32,000 bases of DNA from Nautilia sp. PV-1 (lineage in GTDB: Bacteria; Campylobacterota; Campylobacteria; Campylobacterales; Nautiliaceae). Within the stretch, counting starts at the first letter, position 1; every line of letters starts with the position of its first letter. The DNA lies in NCBI RefSeq assembly GCF_004006315.1, contig NZ_CP026530.1:159618-191617 (forward strand). Direction: 5' to 3'. Under the pieces are notes generated by a model that saw only the letters and a program-made list of their open reading frames with translations, was not told the origin of the DNA and did no database searches. Below are positions 21,885 through 29,496 of the stretch, piece after piece. The position numbers were made by a program, and so were the translations under genes.

Positions 21885-22553
21885 GTGAGACTTCTTGTGA
21901 TTGAAAAAGACGAAACATTAAATCATCTTATTACTAAATCTCTTGAAGAAGTCGGTTATAAAAGCGATGAGGCTTTTACCGTCAGAGATGGTAAGTATTT
22001 TTTGGATGTCAGACATTACAATTTGGCAATTATAGACGCCGATTTCGGTTTAAGCGAAGTGTTTAAATTTATCGATTATGCTAAAGAGATATATCCTCTT
22101 ATTAAAATAATCGTTATTTCAAACGACCAATCCGTAGAAACCGAAATAAAAGTTTTAAAAATGGGGGCGGATGATTTTATAAGAAAACCTCTGAATTTTG
22201 ATCTGTTAATTACAAGAATAAACGTAGCCTTAAGAAGCGGTAAAGAGTCGCAAATTAAAATAAAAGATCTGATTATTATAAAAGACGAAGAAAAAATTAT
22301 TTACAACGGTAAAGAAACATATCTAAAAGGCAAGGCTTTTGAAGTATTTACACATTTGGCCAGATATCCTAACCAGGTTATATCAAAAGAGCAGCTTTTA
22401 GATGCCATCTGGGAGGAGCCGGAGCTGGTAACTCCGAATGTTATAGAAGTTGCTGTAAATCAGATACGTCAAAAGGTTGACAAAGTTTTTAAAATTGATA
22501 CAATTAAGACCATTCGCCGCAGAGGCTATAAATTTTGTTATCCAAAGGAGTAG
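21885..22553 (+). CDS. hsrA: Orphan OmpR-family response regulator, HP1043 (HsrA)/CosR-like
   Basis: Start placed at GTG 21885 (AGGAG 5 nt upstream). N-terminus VRLLVIEKDE. The C-terminal winged helix ISKEQLLDAIWEEPELVTPNVIEVAVNQIRQKVDK...RRRGYKFCYPK is, from memory, near-identical to the corresponding segment of H. pylori HP1043. No histidine kinase adjacent. Confidence 0.8.
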   Translation: MRLLVIEKDETLNHLITKSLEEVGYKSDEAFTVRDGKYFLDVRHYNLAIIDADFGLSEVFKFIDYAKEIYPLIKIIVISNDQSVETEIKVLKMGADDFIRKPLNFDLLITRINVALRSGKESQIKIKDLIIIKDEEKIIYNGKETYLKGKAFEVFTHLARYPNQVISKEQLLDAIWEEPELVTPNVIEVAVNQIRQKVDKVFKIDTIKTIRRRGYKFCYPKE

Positions 22554-22554
22554 C

Positions 22555-22812
22555 ATGTCTTTAATGATTAACGATGAATGCATTGCATGTGATGCTTGTG
22601 TGGACGAATGTCCAAACGGCGCAATTGAGCCTGCAGATCCAATATACGAAATAGACCCGGACCTTTGTACGGAATGTATAGAGCACGGAGGAGAGCCTCA
22701 GTGTGTACAGGTATGTCCTGTAGATGCTATAGTGCCGGATCCGGATAATCAGGAAAGCGCGAAAGAACTGAAATTAAAAGCGGAATTTATTCATAAAGAC
22801 GAAGAAGAGTAA
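22555..22812 (+). CDS. YfhL-type 2x[4Fe-4S] ferredoxin
   Basis: Start at ATG 22555 (AAGGAG within the end of the upstream gene). MSLMINDECIACDACVDECP....C.EC.....QCVQVCPVDAI. Confidence 0.9.
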   Translation: MSLMINDECIACDACVDECPNGAIEPADPIYEIDPDLCTECIEHGGEPQCVQVCPVDAIVPDPDNQESAKELKLKAEFIHKDEEE

Positions 22813-24278
22813 TGGCTAAAATTACGGCTGTAATAGATATAGGTTCTAACTCGGCCAGAATGGCTGTGTTTAAAAAAACCAGCCGTTTTGGATTTTATCT
22901 TCTAAGGGAAGAGAAATCCAAAGTAAGAATCAGCGAAGGCGCATATGAAAACGGAGGGAATCTTCAGGATTTTGCAATTGAAAGAGCCATAAAAGCTTTA
23001 AAAGAATTTCTTTTAATTGCAAAGTCTTTAAAGGTCAGAAAAATTTTAGCCGTAGCCACCTCGGCCGTAAGGGATGCTCCTAATAAGAGCGAATTTTTAG
23101 CAAGGGTCAGAAAAGAACTCGGTATAAATATAAAAGTGATAGACGGCGATAAAGAAGCGTTTTTTGGAGGAGTCGCCGCAGCAAACCTCTTATATGAAAA
23201 AAACGGAGTCACCATAGATATAGGCGGAGGTTCAACTGAACTTGCCTTAATTAAGAAAAAGCAGATTCAACAGACTATTTCGCTGAAACTCGGAACGGTA
23301 AGGCTTAAAGAGCTTTATTTTGACAAAGGCGATATAGAAGGCGCCAAAAAGCATGTAAGAAAAGAGATAAAAAGACTTGATGAGGCGTTTAAACAGAATA
23401 AAGTTTTCGGAATAGGCGGTACTATAAGGGCGCTTTCTCAGGTAATAATGAAAAGAATAGAATATCCGCTGGATATACTGCACGGATTCACCTACGACAC
23501 CAAAGAACATATCAAATTTTTAAAGTCTCTTATTAAAATGAAAGATGAAGAACTTCTTAAAATAGGAGTAAAGCCCGAAAGGCTTGACGTTATAAGACCC
23601 GGAGTGCTTATTTTCACGGAGCTACTGGACTTTTTAGAGGCCAAGCAGGTTATTACAAGCGGTGTGGGTGTGAGAGAGGGTGTTTTTTTAACGGATCTGC
23701 TCAGACACGACAACTACAAGTTTCCGGAGAATTTTAATCCCTCGGTCAGAACAATTATTGACGTTTATCAAATAAATACGAAACTTTCTTCATATGAAAC
23801 GAAAATAGCTTTGGAACTGTTCGATTTATTAAAAGACGAATTTGAACTTGATGAGAAATATAAGCTTCATTTAACCTATGCCATTAAGCTTTCACGTGCC
23901 GGCGAGCTTATAGATTTTTATGAAGCGCATAAGCATACCGATTATATACTTTTAAACTCTCTTCATTACGGTTTCAGGCATTGTGACAGGCTTCTAATGT
24001 CAAAAATAATCCGCTTTTATAAAAGAAAAAAAATAAAAAAAAGAGAAATTGAAAAATATAAATGTCTGCTTCCTCAAAAGAATATTATTGAAAAACTCTG
24101 TAATATTTTCTGGGTTGCTAAACTTGTAAATATTAATCTGTCAATGCCGGAAGTGACTATCAAAAAAGAAAAAAACTGCATAATAATAGAAGGTGAAAAT
24201 TTATATCTTGCAAAAGAAAGAAGCAAAACAAGAGAACTGTTTTTCGAACTTATAATAAAAGAAAAAGGCATAGAATGA
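22812..24278 (+). CDS. ppx: Exopolyphosphatase / guanosine pentaphosphate phosphohydrolase (Ppx/GppA family)
   Basis: 488 aa. IDIGSNSARM and DIGGGSTE ASKHA-fold motifs. The ATG overlaps the ferredoxin stop by 1 nt. Confidence 0.88.
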   Translation: MAKITAVIDIGSNSARMAVFKKTSRFGFYLLREEKSKVRISEGAYENGGNLQDFAIERAIKALKEFLLIAKSLKVRKILAVATSAVRDAPNKSEFLARVRKELGINIKVIDGDKEAFFGGVAAANLLYEKNGVTIDIGGGSTELALIKKKQIQQTISLKLGTVRLKELYFDKGDIEGAKKHVRKEIKRLDEAFKQNKVFGIGGTIRALSQVIMKRIEYPLDILHGFTYDTKEHIKFLKSLIKMKDEELLKIGVKPERLDVIRPGVLIFTELLDFLEAKQVITSGVGVREGVFLTDLLRHDNYKFPENFNPSVRTIIDVYQINTKLSSYETKIALELFDLLKDEFELDEKYKLHLTYAIKLSRAGELIDFYEAHKHTDYILLNSLHYGFRHCDRLLMSKIIRFYKRKKIKKREIEKYKCLLPQKNIIEKLCNIFWVAKLVNINLSMPEVTIKKEKNCIIIEGENLYLAKERSKTRELFFELIIKEKGIE

Positions 24279-24748
24279 AAAAAACGCTTTATTTGATCCC
24301 TTTGGCTTTTTTAGGATGCAGCGTTTCTGATACTACGGTTAAGGTTAAGGAATTTACCAAATGTTACGTGCATCAGATGCCGGCTCCTTTTTGGGTGTGT
24401 TATCAATCTTCGTTTTTGAGTGTGGGAAAAGTTCATTCCGAAAAGCTTAACCGTTTAAAGCAGGAAGAAGCTTATTCCCTGGGTGTTAGCGAGCTTATAT
24501 CCAAGCTTCAGAGTAAAACGAAGCTTTTTTTAAGAAAACTCGGAATAGAAGATAAAAAAATAGATTCGGATATAAAAGATTATGTTATTTTAAACGCTCT
24601 TCAGGGCGATACCTGGTACAATAAAAAAGAGCAGATGATATATGTGCAGGTTAAAATAGATAAAGAAGGGTTTAAAAAATTTCTTTTTAACAGATATAAA
24701 AAAATAGATAAGAAAGTTTTACAAAGCGCATTTGATGAAACCTTTTGA
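24275..24748 (+). CDS. Lipoprotein, possibly LPP20-like
   Basis: 157 aa. Lipobox AFLGC. The PAPFWV motif is reminiscent of LPP20-family lipoproteins. ATGA overlap with ppx. Confidence 0.5.
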   Translation: MKKTLYLIPLAFLGCSVSDTTVKVKEFTKCYVHQMPAPFWVCYQSSFLSVGKVHSEKLNRLKQEEAYSLGVSELISKLQSKTKLFLRKLGIEDKKIDSDIKDYVILNALQGDTWYNKKEQMIYVQVKIDKEGFKKFLFNRYKKIDKKVLQSAFDETF

Positions 24749-25844
24749 TTTTATAATAATCGGAGGAGGTATTGCCGGACTTTTAAGCGCGTATGAGCTT
24801 AGGGATTATAATACTCTTTTAATAGATGAAAACGGAATACTGACTTCCGGAGCAAGTGCGGCTGCGGGAGCGTTTTTGTTTCCTAAAGTCGGATTTGACA
24901 CCGCATATACAAGATTTATAAACCAGGCGATTGTTGATTCTCTAAAATTTTATGAAAAAGAAGGTATAGATACGCATAAAATTGGCGTAACAATTCTGCC
25001 AAGAGATGAGAGGGATATAGAAAAATTTAAACAGTATGAAAAAGATATTAGGCTTCCATATGAAAAAAGATACGGAGGATTTTTCTTTAAAGAAGGTGGG
25101 GTGGTTTTCCCTGAAGAGGTAAGAGAAAAAATTAAAGTAGATTTTGAAATCAAAAAAATTGACAAACTGGAAAAAGAAGGCGGTTTTTGGAAAGTAGGAG
25201 GATATACTGCCAAAAATGTAATTCTGGCAACCGGGCATAAAACGGTAATAGATATCCCTTATATAAATATTCGTCCTATCTGGGGAGAAAGAATAGAAGG
25301 AAGAGGAGAATTTAGAATTGAGAATGAAGATGGAATAAAAGAAGATTTTCTGCCTTGCCATTTTCATAAAAACTGTTCGTTAACCGAAGTCGGAGGAATT
25401 ATCAAAATAGGTGCGACTCATAAACGAAACTGTCCGGAATGCAAAGAGAATGAAGAAGAAGCTTATGAGCTGATAAACAAGGCAAAAGAGATAGTTGATA
25501 TTAAAAATTTTGAAATATCAAAAATTATAGGGGGATTTAGGGCTGCTAGTGTTGATTATTTTCCTGTGGTTGGTAAAATTATAGATGTAGATAAAACTAT
25601 GGAATCAAACCCTAAAATAGTTAAAGGAGAGGTTCCAAAGTTTATTAGTTATTTAGAAGGCCTTTATATTATCAACGGTATGGGCGGCAGAGGTTTTTCT
25701 AACGCATATTACTGTGCCAAAGCTTTAAAAGAGCATATTGTCGGAAATAAAGATTTGGGTATTTTAGATACAAAAAGAGTTTTTATAAAATGGGCCAGAA
25801 AAAAAGGCGAAGAGTACTTAAAGGAGAAAAATGTTAAAAGTTAA
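24735..25844 (+). CDS. FAD-dependent oxidoreductase (DAO family)
   Basis: N-terminal dinucleotide fold FDFIIIGGGIAGLLSAYEL. About 369 aa from ATG 24735 (the ORF-track start 24732 is TTG). Confidence 0.75.
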   Translation: MKPFDFIIIGGGIAGLLSAYELRDYNTLLIDENGILTSGASAAAGAFLFPKVGFDTAYTRFINQAIVDSLKFYEKEGIDTHKIGVTILPRDERDIEKFKQYEKDIRLPYEKRYGGFFFKEGGVVFPEEVREKIKVDFEIKKIDKLEKEGGFWKVGGYTAKNVILATGHKTVIDIPYINIRPIWGERIEGRGEFRIENEDGIKEDFLPCHFHKNCSLTEVGGIIKIGATHKRNCPECKENEEEAYELINKAKEIVDIKNFEISKIIGGFRAASVDYFPVVGKIIDVDKTMESNPKIVKGEVPKFISYLEGLYIINGMGGRGFSNAYYCAKALKEHIVGNKDLGILDTKRVFIKWARKKGEEYLKEKNVKS

Positions 25845-26598
25845 AAACGTAACGAAGCAGTTTGGTGGAGTCGTGGCGATTAAAGATGTTAATTTTGAAG
25901 TCAAGCAGGGAGAAATATTTGCACTCGTAGGTCCTAACGGTGCCGGTAAAACCACTCTTTTTAATATCATCACAGGGGCGTTTGAACCTACCAGCGGACA
26001 TGTTTATTTTAAAGATGAAGAAATTACCGGGCTTAGTCCTGTAAAAATCGTGGAAAAAGGTATTGCCAGAACATTCCAGAATATCAGACTTTTTAATTCA
26101 ATGACTGTACTTGAAAATGTTTTAATCGGATTTCACAATCATATTGAGTATACGTTTTTCGAAGCTGTTTTCAGACTGCCTAGATTTTTCTCTCAGGAAA
26201 AAGTTCATAAAGAACTTGCAATGGAAATTTTGAAATTTTTGAAAATTGACAAATATGCAAATCACAACGCAAAAGCACTGAGTTACGGTAACCAGAGAAA
26301 AGTGGAAATTGCAAGGGCTTTGGCGACCGAGCCTGATTTACTGCTTTTAGACGAACCGGCAGCCGGTATGAACCCTAAAGAAACGGACGAACTTGCTGAT
26401 ACCGTATTCAGACTTAGAAGCGAAAAAGAAAAAACAATTCTTTTTATCGAACATGATATGAAATTCGTTCAGAAGATTGCAGACAGGGTAATGGTTCTTG
26501 ATTACGGTAAAACAATTTTCGAAGGAAAACCTGCCGATATGATGAAGGATGAGACGGTAATAAAAGCTTATTTAGGAGATATCGATGTTGAAGGTTAA
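25831..26598 (+). CDS. livG: LivG-type branched-chain amino acid ABC transporter ATP-binding protein
   Basis: 255 aa. GPNGAGKTT, LSYGNQRKVEIARAL, LLLDEPAAG, C-terminal ...VIKAYLG. Confidence 0.85.
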   Translation: MLKVKNVTKQFGGVVAIKDVNFEVKQGEIFALVGPNGAGKTTLFNIITGAFEPTSGHVYFKDEEITGLSPVKIVEKGIARTFQNIRLFNSMTVLENVLIGFHNHIEYTFFEAVFRLPRFFSQEKVHKELAMEILKFLKIDKYANHNAKALSYGNQRKVEIARALATEPDLLLLDEPAAGMNPKETDELADTVFRLRSEKEKTILFIEHDMKFVQKIADRVMVLDYGKTIFEGKPADMMKDETVIKAYLGDIDVEG

Positions 26599-27283
26599 AA
26601 ATTTAAAGGTAAAATACGGTGTTATTGAGGCGGTTAGAGGAATTGACTTTAATGTAAAAGCGGGTGAAATTGTCACTATTATCGGAGCTAACGGAGCGGG
26701 TAAAACTTCTACACTTAGTGCTATTTTCAACCTGGTTAAAAAAGAGGGTGAAGTAAGGTTTGTAGAAGGCGATATATCTAAACTTTCAACTGACAAAATA
26801 GTTAAACACGGAATGGCTTTGGTTCCTGAAGGAAGAAAGATTTTTATTAACTTAACCGTTGAAGAAAATCTTAAAATCGGAGCATATACGAATGAAGAAA
26901 ATTACGAAACTCTAAAAGAGGAAATGTTTAGACTTTTTCCAAGACTTAAACAAAAAAGAAACAACTACGGAGGAAGCCTGAGCGGTGGTGAGCAGCAGAT
27001 GCTGGCAATTGCAAGGGCTTTGATGAGTGAACCTAAAATGCTGGTACTTGACGAGCCGTCCCTTGGTCTAGCGCCTATAATCGTAAAAGATTTATTCGGG
27101 ATTTTAGTGGATTTAAACAAAAACGACGACGTTACAATTCTTTTAGTAGAGCAAAACGCTGCGGCTGCTCTTAAAATTGCCGATAGAGCGTATGTTATGG
27201 AAAACGGTTCTCTTGTTATGGAAGATGAGGCAAAAGCCCTTCTTGCAAGTGACGAAATTAAGAAGAAATACCTCGGAGGTTAA
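26585..27283 (+). CDS. livF: LivF-type branched-chain amino acid ABC transporter ATP-binding protein
   Basis: 232 aa. GANGAGKTS, LSGGEQQMLAIARAL, LVLDEPSLGLAP, C-terminal ...KKKYLGG. Confidence 0.85.
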   Translation: MLKVKNLKVKYGVIEAVRGIDFNVKAGEIVTIIGANGAGKTSTLSAIFNLVKKEGEVRFVEGDISKLSTDKIVKHGMALVPEGRKIFINLTVEENLKIGAYTNEENYETLKEEMFRLFPRLKQKRNNYGGSLSGGEQQMLAIARALMSEPKMLVLDEPSLGLAPIIVKDLFGILVDLNKNDDVTILLVEQNAAAALKIADRAYVMENGSLVMEDEAKALLASDEIKKKYLGG

Positions 27284-28161
27284 TTTCTGTTTAAAATCTC
27301 TCCGATTTTTTCTCTCATCCATTTACCCATTTTCATGTTATGATAAGCCCAGCTTAAATACTGCATATCTATTTCGGCTACATCTTCTATTTTCATGCCT
27401 TTATATTTGCCGACTCCGAATTTAAACTCCATAGGTTCATCCAGGTTTTCAAGGTGATGTTCTATTGAATATCTCACATCCGGGTCAAGATCCGTGAGGC
27501 TCAGCATATATTCTATATAATCCGGATCGTTTATAAGAACGTCTTTTATTTTTTCAAATTTATATTTGCCCTGATAGAATTTATCGTGAAGAACCGGCCT
27601 TGTAGTCAAATCGGCAAGCTCTTCAAAGCTTTTATCGAAGTTTTTTACCAGATATTCAAACAAAAGACCTAAAACTATTACATCTCCGAGTGCGTCGTGT
27701 GCGTTAATCTGGATATTGTATTTTTCGCATATCTCTTTTTCTTTTTTATAAAGTCCCAGTGCGTATCTGTTATACTGAAGTGAAAACTTGCCTTCCGGAA
27801 TTAAATGTTTCAGAACCCTAAATGTGTCTACAAGTTTGAAAAACGAGTTAAAACCTTCTTTTTTAAGCATATCAAGGTCAAATTTGGCATTGTGTATTAC
27901 AAGCAGGTTTTCGGGTGAATTAAGCTCTTTTAATCTTTTATATGCATCGGTGTGTTTTATTAAAGGCTTGTCTTCGACCATTTCGTTCGTAATGTGATGA
28001 ACGGCCATTGCCTCAAAGCTGATTGGAAGAGGAGGCTTTACAAGCTCGTCGTGTATTTCTTCGATTTCAAGGTTTTCGTTTAAAACCAGATAGCTTAACT
28101 GTATTATTCTGTCTTCTTCTTTGTTTCCTGTTGTTTCGGTGTCAAGTATTATTATTTTCAT
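27280..28161 (-). CDS. DEDDh 3'-5' exonuclease (DnaQ/ExoX-like) with C-terminal DUF3820-like repeats
   Basis: 293 aa. Exo I LDTETTG, Exo II HNAKFDLDML, Exo III HDALGDV. The C-terminal FGVGKYKGMKIEDVAEIDMQYLSWAY resembles DUF3820. Confidence 0.8.
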   Translation of the reverse strand: MKIIILDTETTGNKEEDRIIQLSYLVLNENLEIEEIHDELVKPPLPISFEAMAVHHITNEMVEDKPLIKHTDAYKRLKELNSPENLLVIHNAKFDLDMLKKEGFNSFFKLVDTFRVLKHLIPEGKFSLQYNRYALGLYKKEKEICEKYNIQINAHDALGDVIVLGLLFEYLVKNFDKSFEELADLTTRPVLHDKFYQGKYKFEKIKDVLINDPDYIEYMLSLTDLDPDVRYSIEHHLENLDEPMEFKFGVGKYKGMKIEDVAEIDMQYLSWAYHNMKMGKWMREKIGEILNRN

Positions 28162-28804
28162 CTATTTCCTTAATAAGTGGTATTTTTATTATGTATCCGT
28201 CGTCTTTGTTTAAAATCTCGAAATAAGGAGATTTTATTGTTTTATGTGGTTTGGTTTTTATGCCGATTTCTATAATCTGATATTTTTTATCGTTGATTTT
28301 AATATATTCGCCGACGTTTATTTTTGTTGAAATTATAGCTTCTTTTTGGTTTTCAAGCATATCGAAAATTATATCTAAAAGAGCCTTTTTATGTACAAGA
28401 ATCGTAGGTATCGAAGGGTCGAACATGGTTGTAATGGTTATGTTTTGTTTAAGAGTGGAATATTCTATTGCAAAATTTAAAAGCATGGAAAGGTCTATTT
28501 CTTCTAATTCTGTTAATTCTATTGAATGGGTGTTTGTGTTTATAAAAAATCTTATTCCGACGTTGGTATCGTCTTTATAGCCTATACTGTAGCCGTTAAA
28601 TTCGAAATCTTTGAATTTAACGTGTTTAAACTCCGTTTTTATTCCTGGATTAGCGGGAGCGTTGTTTATCACAAATTCGTAAACTTCTTTTTTATTGACG
28701 TACGACAGAAAAATTTCCGCTTCCTGGTTGCAGTATTGTATATGTCCTTTTTCGTTGAATATAATAAGCGGATTTATATCGTATTCACACCAGAATTCAA
28801 ACAT
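28142..28804 (-). CDS. Hypothetical protein: PAS-like N-terminus plus degenerate HATPase-like C-terminus, no H-box
   Basis: 220 aa. NPLIIFNEKGHIQYCNQEAEIFL matches the PAS core pattern. The C-terminal half (IDLSMLLNF...VHKKALLDIIFDMLENQKEA...IEIGIKT) has kinase catalytic-domain-like spacing but lacks G1/G2 boxes. Overlaps neighbours by 8 and 20 bp. Confidence 0.45.
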   Translation of the reverse strand: MFEFWCEYDINPLIIFNEKGHIQYCNQEAEIFLSYVNKKEVYEFVINNAPANPGIKTEFKHVKFKDFEFNGYSIGYKDDTNVGIRFFINTNTHSIELTELEEIDLSMLLNFAIEYSTLKQNITITTMFDPSIPTILVHKKALLDIIFDMLENQKEAIISTKINVGEYIKINDKKYQIIEIGIKTKPHKTIKSPYFEILNKDDGYIIKIPLIKEIDENNNT

Positions 28805-29477
28805 TTAAAGCCTTCATTTTTTTTGTTAAGGTAACTCGGTTTATTTTAAGATGGTTTGCTATTTGAAGTTTGCTTTTATATTTGGTCTTTGCCGCTTTAA
28901 AAAGGGCTTTTTCAAAATTGTTCAGTTCTTCTTCATAAGTGAAGTCTTCATTTATGTTTTCAAAATAATCAGTTAAAATTTTATAAACATCCTGTTTGTT
29001 TTCAGGCAGAAGGAATTTTGAAAAGATCTGTCTTTTTAAAGAATTCAGGTTTTCGCTTATATCCGGATGTTCAATGTGAATGTTTTTGCTGATTTTTAAC
29101 TCTTCTTTTGCCTGCTGTTTAAATAAGTCTATAAAATCGTAAATATCTTCCGGGTGTTCTTTTAGAGGTTTTAATTCTATGTCCATAGTGAAATATTTTT
29201 TTAAAATTTCTTTGTTTAAAGGCTGTGTTCCGGTGGCTATTAAAAAGTTGTTTTTAAATTCAAGTACCGGATTTTTATCGAAATCTTCCAAGATAACTGG
29301 GTTTATTGTGGGGGTTTTGGGATTTATTACGGCATTAGGCGCTATATATTTGGCGAGAAAGGTTTTGCCGACTCCCTTTTCACCCCATATATAGACGTTT
29401 ATTTTGAGCTGTTTACACATATCGGCGATGTTTTTTATTTTTTTTAAATATTCCGAAGTTGCTAAAAACATAAGCAC
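28797..29477 (-). CDS. AAA+ (sigma54-activator-derived, GAFTGA-less) protein with C-terminal Fis-type HTH
   Basis: 226 aa (GTG 29477, or ATG 29471). Walker A GEKGVGKT. VILEDFD (Walker B-like). LKPLKEHPEDIYDFIDLF resembles the EBP motif lPPLReR.eDI..L..hF. C-terminal LQIANHLKINRVTLTKKMK is an HTH. No receiver domain and no GAFTGA. Confidence 0.55.
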   Translation of the reverse strand: MLMFLATSEYLKKIKNIADMCKQLKINVYIWGEKGVGKTFLAKYIAPNAVINPKTPTINPVILEDFDKNPVLEFKNNFLIATGTQPLNKEILKKYFTMDIELKPLKEHPEDIYDFIDLFKQQAKEELKISKNIHIEHPDISENLNSLKRQIFSKFLLPENKQDVYKILTDYFENINEDFTYEEELNNFEKALFKAAKTKYKSKLQIANHLKINRVTLTKKMKALNV

Positions 29478-29496
29478 CTTTTTGCTTATGATTATA

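Noticed and set aside
22477-22554. Longer N-terminus (22477) for the ferredoxin
   Set aside because: It overlaps the regulator's 3' end by 77 nt. ATG 22555 with AAGGAG gives the canonical MSLMINDECIACDAC start.
25311-25323. A 12-mer AGAATTGAGAAT shared between the FAD oxidoreductase gene and the heptamer repeat at 21452-21479
   Set aside because: A short AT-rich match inside a coding frame (encodes RIENE). Most likely coincidence.
24942-25367. 141-aa and 87-aa minus-strand ORFs antisense to the FAD oxidoreductase
   Set aside because: Low-complexity F/K/S-rich translations inside a gene with a clear dinucleotide-binding motif.
10208-27283. Four convergent gene pairs whose 3' ends overlap: modD/10208 ORF by 17 bp, yhaM-like/YiiX-like by 8 bp, modB2/phoH by 9 bp, livF/exonuclease by 4 bp
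   Set aside because: Probably genome compaction. It implies overlapping 3' UTRs, but nothing in the sequence points to a specific regulatory mechanism.
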